From Caedibacter taeniospiralis (GTDB lineage: Bacteria; Pseudomonadota; Gammaproteobacteria; Francisellales; Francisellaceae), in the NCBI RefSeq assembly GCF_002803295.2, contig NZ_PGGB02000015.1, positions 60 through 32,059 of the forward strand: a stretch of DNA of 32,000 nt, written 5' to 3'. The notes beneath the pieces were generated by a model. The model searched no databases and was not told where the DNA came from. It saw only the letters and a list, made by a program, of their open reading frames with translations. The position numbers were made by a program, and so were the translations under genes. Below, piece by piece: positions 15,410-25,217 of this stretch; the stretch's first letter is position 1; every line of letters starts with the position of its first letter.

Positions 15410-18028
15410 ATGAAAAAAATGCTGATCAACGCCCGCCAGACCGAAGAAACGCGTATTGCTATTGTCGACAATGTTCAATTGATGGATTTAGACATCGAGA
15501 GCGTCGATAGAGAACAAAAAAAAGCTAATATCTATAAGGCCAGGATTTCTCGCATTGAGCCAAGCTTAAATGCCATCTTTATTAACTATGGTGAGGACAA
15601 GAATGGATTTTTACCCTTCAAAGAGATCTCTCCTGAGTATTTTAAGAAAGCCACTAAAGAACAAAATCCGCCACTAAACGAATTACTGGAGGTTGGTCAA
15701 GAGCTTATTGTGCAAATTGCTAAAGAAGAGCGTGGTAGCAAGGGTGCAGCATTAACCACCTTCATCACCCTGGCAGGCTGCTATATGGTTTTAATGCCAA
15801 ACAACGCGAGTGCTGGCGGTATTTCACGTCGCATTGAGGGCGATGAGCGTCAAAAACTTAAAACCTTATTTGACTCATTAACCATTCCTGCAAACATGGG
15901 AGTGATTATCCGTACCGCAGGCGTTGATCGCCAAGCTGATGAAATTCAGGCCGATTTAGATACGCTGGTCAACCTGTGGGATGCAATCAAACGCGTTTCA
16001 TACCAGCGCAAAGCACCTTTTTTGATCCACAAAGAAAGTGACATCACGATTCGCGCCATCCGTGATCACTTAAAAGACGACATTAAAGAAATTATTATTG
16101 ATGACGAGGAGGCTTATGAAGACTTAAAGCGCCAGCTTACCATGCTGCGCCCGCAATTTGTTGAACGTTTACAGCTTTACAAAAAAGAACTTCCTCTTTT
16201 CAACGCATTTCAAATTGAAAAGCAAATTGAAAGTGCCTTTAAACGCGAAGTTCATCTTCCCTCTGGTGGTTCTATTGTGATTGACACCACCGAAGCCTTA
16301 ACAGCAATAGATATCAACTCTGCACGCTCGACCAAAGGGGATAACATCGAGGAAACTGCATTAGCGACAAATTTAGAAGCCGCTGAAGAAATCGCAAGGC
16401 AGCTGCGCCTGCGCGATTTAGGCGGCTTAATCGTTGTTGACTTCATCGATATGGCATTTTTCCCTAATCAAAAGGCAGTTGAGCAGAAGCTGGTTGATGC
16501 CCTGTTTAGTGATCGCGCGCGCATCCAGATGACACGCATTTCTAAATTTGGTCTGGTTGAGATTTCGCGTCAGCGTTTGCAAGCCTCATTGGGAGAGTCC
16601 GTCATGCACGCGTGCCCTCGCTGCGAAGGACACGGGTTTATTCGCTCAATCCCTTCACTTGCCTTATCCATCTTGCGCAACGTACATGCTGAGGCAATTC
16701 GAGAGAAAACTAATGAATTACGTGTTCAGCTCCCTATTGATGTCGCCACATTCCTGTTGAATGAAAAACGCGATGAGTTGTCACAGATTGAAGAAGGCAC
16801 CAGCACTAAAGTAACCCTTATTCCCAATGCTAATTTGCAATCACCGCACTACAGTGTACAACGTATTTGGGGAGACGCTTACACCGCCAGTCGCCCAAGT
16901 TATGATTTAATAGAAGACAATAAAAATATTGAGTTATATAAAGCCCCTAGACAGGATAAAGCCAAGCAACCCGCGCTTAAATCAGTCAATTACAACCAAG
17001 TGCAAAACACCGCCGAGCAAAAATCCGAACAATCACCCGTCATAAAGCCAACAGTCACACAGGCACCCAAAGCAAAGCAAGAACCAGCTGAAAAAGGTTT
17101 CTGGGCGAAGCTCAGTGCATTTTTCTTTACTGAACAATCAGACACTGAAAAGCAAAAAGACAATTCAACCGATAAGCAAGCTCCAAAAGCGGTAAGTCAA
17201 AAATCTGAGCTCAACCAAAAAACCCAAACTCGCGATGGTAATCGTGGTAATAGTCGCGATAATAATCGCGGCAATAAGGCGCAATATGACAAGCGTCGCC
17301 AGAATCAGCAAGCTGGCGAGCGTGATGAGAGTCGTGCCAATCGTGAGGACAACCGCGATAATAAGGAAACGAATCAAGGCAATGACAACAACCGTAATGA
17401 TCGTGGTGAACGTAGGGATCGGGGGGATCGTGACAAAGGAAATAGAGGTAACAATCGCAACAACCAACGCCTACAGGTTCATCAAAGCGAAGAAGTTGTT
17501 GACATTACCATGCTGAAAAAAGAAGCTCCTGAGGTCATTAAGGCAGCAAAAGAAAAGTCTCTGATGAAGACGATTTCAACCATGCCAGAAGAAAAAATCT
17601 CTGTGATGGTGCGTGAAGTGCTTGCTGAAGTGAATACCTTAAGCAGTGACCACGCCACACAGGTGGAGACGCATGCTCAACGCACACGCAAAGTAAAATA
17701 TCTTAACTTTGAGGTGGTAGATACTCAAAAGTTAAGTGCTGAAATGGTCGAACAGGAGAAAGCCAAGAAAGTAGCCCTGGCTGAAGTAAAAGAGGCAAAA
17801 AATGAGGTTATGATTTCTGAAGATCTTGACATTATTGTTGATGTAGAAACACCATATGAAAATCGGGGTGTAGTTGAGGAAGATGCTCAGGAAACACATG
17901 AAGTTGCCAATGGTCAGCCCCAACAATCTAAAAAGCCTCGCCCACGTAAAAACCCCCGCACACCAACACACATGGAGTACTCAGCAGCCGTTGATGTAGG
18001 CTCTCAAGGCTTTATTACCAAGGCATAA
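15410..18028 (+). CDS. rne: Ribonuclease E
   Basis: MKKMLINARQTEETRIAIVD...LDIESVDREQKKANIYKARISRIEPSLNAIFINYG...DFIDMAFFPNQKAVEQKL...HACPRCEGHG; long disordered basic C-terminus. Confidence 0.97.
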   Translation: MKKMLINARQTEETRIAIVDNVQLMDLDIESVDREQKKANIYKARISRIEPSLNAIFINYGEDKNGFLPFKEISPEYFKKATKEQNPPLNELLEVGQELIVQIAKEERGSKGAALTTFITLAGCYMVLMPNNASAGGISRRIEGDERQKLKTLFDSLTIPANMGVIIRTAGVDRQADEIQADLDTLVNLWDAIKRVSYQRKAPFLIHKESDITIRAIRDHLKDDIKEIIIDDEEAYEDLKRQLTMLRPQFVERLQLYKKELPLFNAFQIEKQIESAFKREVHLPSGGSIVIDTTEALTAIDINSARSTKGDNIEETALATNLEAAEEIARQLRLRDLGGLIVVDFIDMAFFPNQKAVEQKLVDALFSDRARIQMTRISKFGLVEISRQRLQASLGESVMHACPRCEGHGFIRSIPSLALSILRNVHAEAIREKTNELRVQLPIDVATFLLNEKRDELSQIEEGTSTKVTLIPNANLQSPHYSVQRIWGDAYTASRPSYDLIEDNKNIELYKAPRQDKAKQPALKSVNYNQVQNTAEQKSEQSPVIKPTVTQAPKAKQEPAEKGFWAKLSAFFFTEQSDTEKQKDNSTDKQAPKAVSQKSELNQKTQTRDGNRGNSRDNNRGNKAQYDKRRQNQQAGERDESRANREDNRDNKETNQGNDNNRNDRGERRDRGDRDKGNRGNNRNNQRLQVHQSEEVVDITMLKKEAPEVIKAAKEKSLMKTISTMPEEKISVMVREVLAEVNTLSSDHATQVETHAQRTRKVKYLNFEVVDTQKLSAEMVEQEKAKKVALAEVKEAKNEVMISEDLDIIVDVETPYENRGVVEEDAQETHEVANGQPQQSKKPRPRKNPRTPTHMEYSAAVDVGSQGFITKA

Positions 18029-18054
18029 GTCAGGATTTTATAAACTTACTAAGC

Positions 18055-18145
18055 GTAGGGTGGATAAGCCGAAGGCGCATCCACGCGGAAAAGCAAACAG
18101 GTTGAGTATTGGTGGAGGCGCCTTCGGCTTATCTACCCTACTACT
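18055..18145. repeat. Repeat family A, two inverted copies forming a MITE-like unit of about 90 bp (copy 2)
   Basis: gtagggtggataagccgaaggcgcatccac (18055-18084) and ggtggaggcgccttcggcttatctaccctac (18111-18141) in inverted orientation. Confidence 0.85.
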
Positions 18146-18219
18146 ACCCGTCAGAGCAAATAGATATCTTAATTAAACTTGAGATTCTTAACCTCACAAA
18201 CCTAAAAAAGGGGATAATT

Positions 18220-18792
18220 ATGATCAGTATCAAACCTAAAACCATGCTCAGTATCAGCCTGTTCTTCTCAGGCTTAGGTTTCCAAATAGCTCATGCCTGT
18301 ATCTCTAAAGAATACAATGATGCTTATGCTCTTTTTAAGCACAGCGAATACACCAAATCAGTGCCTGCCTTTACCAAGTTATACCACAATGGCTGTCCCA
18401 CTTCACCTTACTTTCTAGGCACTTATTATACTTATGGGATTGCAGTGGAAGAAAACTATGACACAGCCATTAAGTATTTTGATCAGTTTTTAGATAAAAA
18501 GAACTTGGCGCAACCGCGAGATTATCGCGCTAATGCGTATCGTGCCCTAGCATTGATTTATCAATCAAAAAACCAGACACAAAAAGCACATGACTACCTG
18601 GTGGATTCAGCCAAATTAGGTAACACTGAGGCGATGTTTTTATTAGGACGCTCCTACATCAATGAAGGGCTACCCTATCACACGACAACCAACTTAAAAG
18701 AAGCTTACGTGTGGCTTAATAAAGCAGCGAATTATGGCAATGTTGAAGCAATGAAATTGATATATGAGCACTCGCTGCAAAAATATGCCTAA
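18220..18792 (+). CDS. Secreted or periplasmic Sel1-like/TPR-like repeat protein
   Basis: Signal-peptide-like MISIKPKTMLSISLFFSGLGFQIAHAC, then SLR-like units (KLGNTEAMFLLGRSYINEG..., LKEAYVWLNKAANYGNVEAMKL). Start set at 18220 after AAAAAGGGG; the track's start at 18109 would translate the repeat. Confidence 0.8.
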   Translation: MISIKPKTMLSISLFFSGLGFQIAHACISKEYNDAYALFKHSEYTKSVPAFTKLYHNGCPTSPYFLGTYYTYGIAVEENYDTAIKYFDQFLDKKNLAQPRDYRANAYRALALIYQSKNQTQKAHDYLVDSAKLGNTEAMFLLGRSYINEGLPYHTTTNLKEAYVWLNKAANYGNVEAMKLIYEHSLQKYA

Positions 18793-18847
18793 GCGCTATT
18801 ATTAAGCAGTTCACACTTTTTAAAATCATAAAAACAGGCGGCAATTC

Positions 18848-20257
18848 ATGTTTAAGAGTTTATCCGAACGTTTAGGCAGTTCTCTTGACAAGATTAAAGG
18901 TCAAGGTCGATTAACCGAAGACAATATCAAAAGCGCATTACGCGATGTGCGCATGGCGCTACTGGAGGCAGATGTTGCGCTGCCCGTTGTTAAGCAGTTT
19001 ATTCAGCGCATCCAGGAGGAAGCACTGGGGGAAAAAATCCGCACCAGTTTAACTCCTGGACAAACCTTTATTTCAATGGTGAAGCATGAGCTTGAGCACA
19101 CACTTGGTGAAAAAAATGAAACGCTGAACTTGAACGCTCAACCCCCAGTTGTTATTTTGATGGCAGGGTTACAGGGTTCAGGAAAAACAACCACAACGGC
19201 GAAACTTGCTAAATTTTTAAAGGAACGCCAAAACAAAAAAGTCATGGTGGTCAGTGTTGACGTCTATCGTCCTGCTGCGATTAAACAATTACAAACGCTG
19301 GCAGAATCTCTTAATATAAATTTTTGCCCATCCTCCAGCGATGAAAAGCCACTTGATATTGCCAAAAAGGCGATGCAGCAAGCCAAACAACAGGTTTGTG
19401 ATGTCCTTATTCTAGACACGGCAGGTCGTTTACATATCGATGATCAGATGATGGATGAGGTGAAGGCACTGCATGAAGCAGTTAAACCGACTGAAACCCT
19501 TTTTGTCGTTGACAGTATGACAGGACAAGACGCGGCAAATACGGCTAAAGCCTTTAATGATGCCTTACCATTGACGGGAGTAATACTCACAAAGGCAGAT
19601 GGCGACGCGCGAGGTGGCGCTGCATTGTCCATACGCGAAATCACAGGAAAACCCATTAAGTTTATCGGGATAGGTGAAAAGACAGATGCGGTTGAACCAT
19701 TTCATCCTGATCGAATTGCTTCACGCATTCTTGGCATGGGCGATGTGTTATCTCTTATTGAAGAAGTTGAACAAAAAGTTGACAAAGCTGAAGCAAAGGA
19801 GTTAGTCACCAAGCTGAAAAAAGGTAAGTCCTTTACCCTTGAAGACTTCAAGAACCAGCTGCAACAAATGAAAAAAATGGGCGGCATTGGCTCTATGCTG
19901 GATAAGCTGCCAGGGATGGGTAACATGGGTGCCAATATTCAGGGTAAGGTGAATGACAAAATGTTTGTGCAAATGGAAGCGATCATTAACTCAATGACGC
20001 CTCTTGAGCGCAGAAAGCCCGAGCTGATTAAATCATCACGTAAGCTGCGCATTGCTAAAGGTTCAGGAACACAAGTTCAGGATATTAACCGTTTGTTAAT
20101 GCAGTTTACCCAAATGCAGAAGATGATGAAAAAAATGAGTATGGGAGGAATTGGCAAAATGATGGGGACAATGCGCCACATGACACAAATGAAAAACGTG
20201 CAAGGCATGATTCCTCCTGGCAAAGGTGGCAAGTTTTTTAAGTCAAGACCGACTTAG
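18848..20257 (+). CDS. ffh: Signal recognition particle protein Ffh
   Basis: MFKSLSERLGSSLDKIKGQGRLTEDNI...GLQGSGKTTTTAKLAKFL...DTAGRLHIDD...TKADGDARGGAALS; methionine-rich M domain. Confidence 0.98.
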   Translation: MFKSLSERLGSSLDKIKGQGRLTEDNIKSALRDVRMALLEADVALPVVKQFIQRIQEEALGEKIRTSLTPGQTFISMVKHELEHTLGEKNETLNLNAQPPVVILMAGLQGSGKTTTTAKLAKFLKERQNKKVMVVSVDVYRPAAIKQLQTLAESLNINFCPSSSDEKPLDIAKKAMQQAKQQVCDVLILDTAGRLHIDDQMMDEVKALHEAVKPTETLFVVDSMTGQDAANTAKAFNDALPLTGVILTKADGDARGGAALSIREITGKPIKFIGIGEKTDAVEPFHPDRIASRILGMGDVLSLIEEVEQKVDKAEAKELVTKLKKGKSFTLEDFKNQLQQMKKMGGIGSMLDKLPGMGNMGANIQGKVNDKMFVQMEAIINSMTPLERRKPELIKSSRKLRIAKGSGTQVQDINRLLMQFTQMQKMMKKMSMGGIGKMMGTMRHMTQMKNVQGMIPPGKGGKFFKSRPT

Positions 20258-20275
20258 TTTAATTTGTTGAGTACT

Positions 20276-20310
20276 GGTGGATGCGCCTTCAGCTTATCCA
20301 CCCTACTACT
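20276..20310. repeat. Repeat family A, copy 3, between convergent ffh and the metC-like gene
   Basis: ggtggatgcgccttcagcttatccaccctactact, preceded by the shared left flank gttgagtactgg. Confidence 0.85.
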
Positions 20311-20331
20311 GAAACTCTGGGTAAATAGTTC

Positions 20332-21492
20332 CTAAGCCCGAAGTTCGCGGGTATCTGTCACAAGTCGGTTATATTCATCGATGAATTCCTGAAATATTGC
20401 AAGCGTGTCTACTGACACCTCGCAGCCAATAGATAACCTTAACAACCAGGGGGAAACCTGTAATTGAATTTGTTGCAGTTTCTTAACTTCTTTATGTGAC
20501 ATCGTAGCAGGGTGGCTTAGAGAGCTGTGAACCGCACCAAAGCTCAGTGTTTTAGGAAAATAGTATTTGAGTTTGTTAGATAGCAGCATAAACTGCGACT
20601 CATTACGACACTCAACTGCTAACAACAGACCTGAAACAACACTGTTCTTTTTTAGCCAGTGTGCATGTTTTTGGCTTAAATCACCCGCGTAGTAAATTGC
20701 TGCAAACAGGTTACTTTTTTTCAAAAGCGCATATACCTGTGCGGTATTCTCAGCGATTCGCTCCAAACGTAAATGCACCGTTTTTAAACTTCTGGACAAT
20801 AGCCATGACTGGAATGGATCAAGTGCGAAGCCCGTTTGACGAATAATTCTGGCAATCTGATCCTTATAAAGACTATTGCTTGCAATGACGCCTGAAGTTA
20901 CATCGGCATGCCCCACCAAATACTTTGTCGAGGACTGCAGGGCAATGTCAGCACCCTGCTTTAACGGCATAAAGGCATAGGATGACATCAGTGAATTATC
21001 AACGACTAAACAAATATTGTGTGCCTTAGTGATGCGAGCAAGTTCAGCGATAGGAGTGATTTTCTGTAGAGGATTTGACACTGTCTCACACAATACCATT
21101 TTGGTCTTTGCTGTGATTTGTTGCATTAAATTAGCAGGGTTTTGTAAGTCGATCTGCTTAAGAACAATACCACGGGTTTCTGTCATCTCCTCCAGGATAA
21201 ATGACAAACCTGCATAAAAATCTCCCCCAACGATTAACTCATCGCCCCGGTTAAGCAGTGACAAAATAACATTCAATGCCGACAAGCCACTACTTACAGC
21301 AAATGCAGCATCTGCCTCATCTAAGATCGCAAGCTGTGCCTCTAAGTATCGCCGTGTTGGATTCTGCACGCGCGAATACTCAAAGTCATTTGGCAGATTT
21401 TGGTCAAAGGTACTGACCTGGTAAATGGGCATGCTCATCGCATGATAGGCGTCGTTATTTTCAAGATGAAGTAAGCGCGTTATTCTATTCAT
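20332..21492 (-). CDS. Cys/Met metabolism PLP-dependent enzyme (cystathionine beta-lyase / gamma-synthase-like)
   Basis: PIYQVSTFDQ...YSRVQNPTRRYLEAQLAILDEADAAFAVSSGLSA...VCETVSNPLQK...VVDNSLMSSYAFMPLKQGADIALQSSTKYLVGHADVTSGV (catalytic Lys in SSTKYLVGH). Confidence 0.9.
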   Translation of the reverse strand: MNRITRLLHLENNDAYHAMSMPIYQVSTFDQNLPNDFEYSRVQNPTRRYLEAQLAILDEADAAFAVSSGLSALNVILSLLNRGDELIVGGDFYAGLSFILEEMTETRGIVLKQIDLQNPANLMQQITAKTKMVLCETVSNPLQKITPIAELARITKAHNICLVVDNSLMSSYAFMPLKQGADIALQSSTKYLVGHADVTSGVIASNSLYKDQIARIIRQTGFALDPFQSWLLSRSLKTVHLRLERIAENTAQVYALLKKSNLFAAIYYAGDLSQKHAHWLKKNSVVSGLLLAVECRNESQFMLLSNKLKYYFPKTLSFGAVHSSLSHPATMSHKEVKKLQQIQLQVSPWLLRLSIGCEVSVDTLAIFQEFIDEYNRLVTDTRELRA

Positions 21493-21527
21493 ATTTTCAC
21501 AATTTTCTGTCTGTTCATAGCAAATAT

Positions 21528-23630
21528 TTATTCGATAAGACTGAGGCTTACACGCTGTCGCTCAACATCAACACCAATCACTTTAATATGTGGTAGTTGC
21601 TGATTAAGACTGATCACTTCATTTGGATGATTTATCCGTTTACTACTTAGTTGTGAAATATGAATCATTCCATCATTTTTTAACCCAATATCAACAAATA
21701 CCCCAAAGTCGGTAATATTGCGTACAACACCAGAAACAACTGCACCAACCTCAAGCGCTTTTATATCCAGCACATCGGCACTAAATAGGATTGCGGGCAA
21801 TTCATCTCTGGGGTCAAAACCTGGTTTTTGCAGCTCTTTAATAATGTCGCGCAAGCTTGCCTCGCCAATATGATACTGCTTTGAAAAACTGGCAATATTG
21901 AGCTGCTGTAATTCTGACGCTGTTTTTTTTAATAACTCTCCTGCAACAGGGTAATGATCAGGGTGCACCCCCGTATTATCTAAGACATCACAAGCATCAG
22001 GAATACGCATAAAGCCTGAACACTGCTCAAAAGCTTTTTCCCCGAGACCTTTAACCTTTTTGATCTCAGTAATACGCTTAAACGCCCCATGTACCTGGCG
22101 ATAATTCACTATCTCTTTTGCTAAACGAGGGCTTAAACCTGCAACATATGACAACAGTTTATCCGACGCGGTGTTGAGATTCACGCCCACATTATTCACC
22201 ACAGTCTCAGTGACATCATGCAGCTTCTGTGTCAGCTTCTTTTGATCCACATCATGCTGATATTGTCCCACTCCCAAAGCCTTAGGGTCAATTTTAACCA
22301 GTGCGGCCATAGGATTCTGCAATCTTTGTGCAATCGATATAGCCCCTCTGATCGTCACATCTAGATCAGGATATTCTTCGTGTGCAAGCTTGGAGGCAGA
22401 ATAAACTGAAGCACCTGCCTCAGATACAACGGTATAACACAACTTATGCACTTCCTCTTCATTGTATTTGGCAAAAAAATCCTGAAGCTCACGCGAGGCC
22501 GTTCCATTGCCAATAGCAACCGTATCAATCTGGTATTTCTCAACCAGTGATTTGACGATCTTTTTCGCCTCTGAAACTTTGTTATGAGGCGCAGCAGGAT
22601 AGATTACACCTTGCGCTAAATACATGCCTTTAGCATCAATAACCGCAAGTTTGGCACCTGTTTTAAACCCTGGATCCACGCCTAAAATCGCATTTGCCTT
22701 GACAGGTGGGCTCATAAGCAACTGGCTTAGGTTCTCAGCAAAGACGCAAATGGCTGAGCTTTCAGCCTTTTCTTTTAATTGATTGATTAACTCACGTTCA
22801 ATCGCAGGATACAGCAGCCTCTTATAGCCATCATAATAAGCTTCTAGTAGTAACTTGACGACAGTTCCTGCATTTCTTGGCAACTTATAACGCTCTATGG
22901 TTTCTTTGTAATGTTCATGATCAATCTCAACCTTCAGACTAAGCTCTTTTTCTGCCACTCCCCTGAAAATTGCCAAAAGCCGATGTGCAGGAACTTTATT
23001 GATATTCGCTTGATATTGATCAAACTGAGTAAAATTACCTTGCGCATTACAGCTTTTTGTCGCCTTAACATGTAACACCCCAAAACGTGAAGCCTGATCG
23101 CGCACAAACATACGCTCTTTTGGGCTATCTGCATATATCTCTGCGGCAATATCCATCGCCCCCTGTACGGCTTCTTCGATAGTTTTCGTCTCGCCTTTAA
23201 CAAACGATTTTGCCCGTGCATAAAACACATCTTCACTGTCATAAGCTTTGATGAGTATATCCGCAAGTCCCTGCAATCCCTTCTCAATAGCTGCTTGCGC
23301 ACGCGTATTGCGCTTTTGTTTATAAGGCTGGTAGATATCTTCAAGCTCATTCAGGGTTTGGACTGAGGCTAGTGCTTGCTTTAATTTATCGTCATATAAG
23401 TTGCGTTCAATCAAGGTACGCGCGATTTCATCTTTGCGCAGCTCAAGTTTTTGCAGATATTGGTAATGCTCATGAAAATCCCTAAGCTCTGCATCGCTTG
23501 CGCCGTTAGTCATTTCTTTACGATAACGCGCAATAAAAGGAATAGTTGCTCCCCCTTCTAATAAGGAAACAATATTTTCAACGGACTTGATGGATAAGCC
23601 ACTTTTTGTAGCAAGGCATTGTAAGTTCAT
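21528..23630 (-). CDS. tex: Tex-family transcription accessory / RNA-binding protein with C-terminal S1 domain
   Basis: GATIPFIARYRKEMT...GVDPGFKTGAKLAVID...IAIGNGTASRELQ...SIAQRLQNPMAALVKIDPKALGVGQYQHDV; S1: VGAVVSGVVRNITDFGVFVDIGLKNDGMIHISQLS. Confidence 0.97.
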   Translation of the reverse strand: MNLQCLATKSGLSIKSVENIVSLLEGGATIPFIARYRKEMTNGASDAELRDFHEHYQYLQKLELRKDEIARTLIERNLYDDKLKQALASVQTLNELEDIYQPYKQKRNTRAQAAIEKGLQGLADILIKAYDSEDVFYARAKSFVKGETKTIEEAVQGAMDIAAEIYADSPKERMFVRDQASRFGVLHVKATKSCNAQGNFTQFDQYQANINKVPAHRLLAIFRGVAEKELSLKVEIDHEHYKETIERYKLPRNAGTVVKLLLEAYYDGYKRLLYPAIERELINQLKEKAESSAICVFAENLSQLLMSPPVKANAILGVDPGFKTGAKLAVIDAKGMYLAQGVIYPAAPHNKVSEAKKIVKSLVEKYQIDTVAIGNGTASRELQDFFAKYNEEEVHKLCYTVVSEAGASVYSASKLAHEEYPDLDVTIRGAISIAQRLQNPMAALVKIDPKALGVGQYQHDVDQKKLTQKLHDVTETVVNNVGVNLNTASDKLLSYVAGLSPRLAKEIVNYRQVHGAFKRITEIKKVKGLGEKAFEQCSGFMRIPDACDVLDNTGVHPDHYPVAGELLKKTASELQQLNIASFSKQYHIGEASLRDIIKELQKPGFDPRDELPAILFSADVLDIKALEVGAVVSGVVRNITDFGVFVDIGLKNDGMIHISQLSSKRINHPNEVISLNQQLPHIKVIGVDVERQRVSLSLIE

Positions 23631-23674
23631 GAAGCTTTAAGAGGTTTCAATTGTGGCTGCTATCTTCAGTGATT

Positions 23675-24670
23675 TTATTGGTAATGTCCACTATTATCCG
23701 CCTGGATCCACGCTGCCACATCTAATGCACTATAAGTCAGAATAAGCTTGGCGCCTGCGCGCTTGATTGCTGTTAATGACTCTAGCAACACCGCTTTTTC
23801 ATCAAGCCAGCCTTTTTCCGCTGCCGCCTTAATCATGGCATACTCACCGCTAACGTGATATGCCGCTACAGGTAAATGGGTATTTCGCCTGACATCTTGA
23901 ATGATGTCCAAGTAGCTCAATGCAGGCTTCACCATCAAAAAATCCGCTCCTTCATCCTCATCCATTTGTGCTTCTTTTAGTGCCTCACTTTTATTGCGAT
24001 AATCCATCTGATAAGATTTTCTATCCCCCTTAGGTGTTGAGTCACAGGCACTTCTAAAAGGACCATAAAAACCTGAAGCATATTTCACGGCATAAGACAT
24101 AATTGCTACTTCACTATAATCATTTTGATCAAGCGCATAACGCATTGCCTGAATCATGCCATCCATCATGCCACTAGGCGCCACAATATCTGCTCCCGCT
24201 TTAGCATGTGACACTGCTGTTTTTTGCAAGATATCTAAAGTCTGGTCATTACTGATTTCTTCGTTATGCACAATGCCACAATGACCGTCTGTGGTGTATG
24301 CGCACAAACACACGTCAGTTGCAATAAGTAAGCCTGGATACAAGCTTTTAATTTCGCAAATTGCCTGCTGTACAATGCCATTATCCGCGTAATTTTCAGA
24401 TGCGTATTTATCTTTAATGGCAGGAAGTCCAAACAGCATAATTGATAAAACACCCGATTTTTTAATCTCTTCAATCAACTCTGGCAACCGATCCAAAGAC
24501 CAATGATATTGATTTGGCATCCCGTTGATTTCGCGTTTGATATCATATCCATGAACCACAAAGACAGGATACATGAAATCGCTCACATGTAATCGCACCT
24601 CAGCAACCTGCTCTCTTAAGCTCGCATTACGACGCAGTCTTCTGGGGCGTGTTACAGGGAAAAAGCCCAT
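23675..24670 (-). CDS. hemB: Delta-aminolevulinic acid dehydratase (porphobilinogen synthase)
   Basis: RPRRLRRNASLREQVAE...YPVFVVHG...ATDVCLCAYTTDGHCG...VAPSGMMDGMIQAMR...FLMVKPALSYLDII. Start set at MGFFPVTRPRR (24670), avoiding overlap with yhbY. Confidence 0.97.
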   Translation of the reverse strand: MGFFPVTRPRRLRRNASLREQVAEVRLHVSDFMYPVFVVHGYDIKREINGMPNQYHWSLDRLPELIEEIKKSGVLSIMLFGLPAIKDKYASENYADNGIVQQAICEIKSLYPGLLIATDVCLCAYTTDGHCGIVHNEEISNDQTLDILQKTAVSHAKAGADIVAPSGMMDGMIQAMRYALDQNDYSEVAIMSYAVKYASGFYGPFRSACDSTPKGDRKSYQMDYRNKSEALKEAQMDEDEGADFLMVKPALSYLDIIQDVRRNTHLPVAAYHVSGEYAMIKAAAEKGWLDEKAVLLESLTAIKRAGAKLILTYSALDVAAWIQADNSGHYQ

Positions 24671-24671
24671 C

Positions 24672-24956
24672 TTACTCCCCTTTTTTCTTTGGTTTCCTGC
24701 GATACAAAATCGAAATATTACCAATAAGCTGCACTAACTCACACTTCATTTTTTGGCAAATCTCTTCTGTTACTGTTTGGCGAACCTCTTTTTCAGCGCC
24801 TGCTATTTTGACTTTAATCAGCTCATGAGCTACCAGAGCCAGATCGATTTCAACCAATACATTTTCAGTTAAACCTTTTTCACCCAGCAGTACCACTGGG
24901 TTTAAACCATGTGCCTGCGCCTTTAGCTGCTGACGTTGTTGTGATGTCAATGCCAT
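24672..24956 (-). CDS. yhbY: CRS1-YhbY family RNA-binding protein
   Basis: MALTSQQRQQLKAQAHGLNPVVLLGEKGLTENVLVEIDLALVAHELIKVKIAG. Confidence 0.95.
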   Translation of the reverse strand: MALTSQQRQQLKAQAHGLNPVVLLGEKGLTENVLVEIDLALVAHELIKVKIAGAEKEVRQTVTEEICQKMKCELVQLIGNISILYRRKPKKKGE

Positions 24957-25217
24957 ATTTTCCTCTACTTTTTAAATTGTAATTTATTAAACTCGGCTAT
25001 TTTATACTTATTTGATGGGCTTTAACTACTTTTACTTCAAAGGAACTTGGCACTCGTAATTCGCAAACCGGTGCAATTTTAAAAGGCGACACACACCCCT
25101 GCAGCAAGAACAATTTCTACAGCTCCGCCGAATTTCTTGGAGTATTACAATCTGGAGTTACAATATAGAAACTCGAGAATCTAACTAGCCCCAGCATTAT
25201 TGTCCAAAAACCTTGTT

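Noticed and set aside
17165-17516. ORFs at 17165-17467 (-) and 17235-17516 (+) with Val/Ile/Thr-rich or basic repeats
   Set aside because: Alternate-frame readings of the low-complexity RNase E tail.
18109-18219. N-terminal extension of the SLR-protein ORF
   Set aside because: The extension translates a family A repeat; the ATG at 18220 has a good RBS and begins a signal peptide.
22934-23350. 138-aa plus-strand ORF inside tex
   Set aside because: Antisense frame of a strongly conserved gene.
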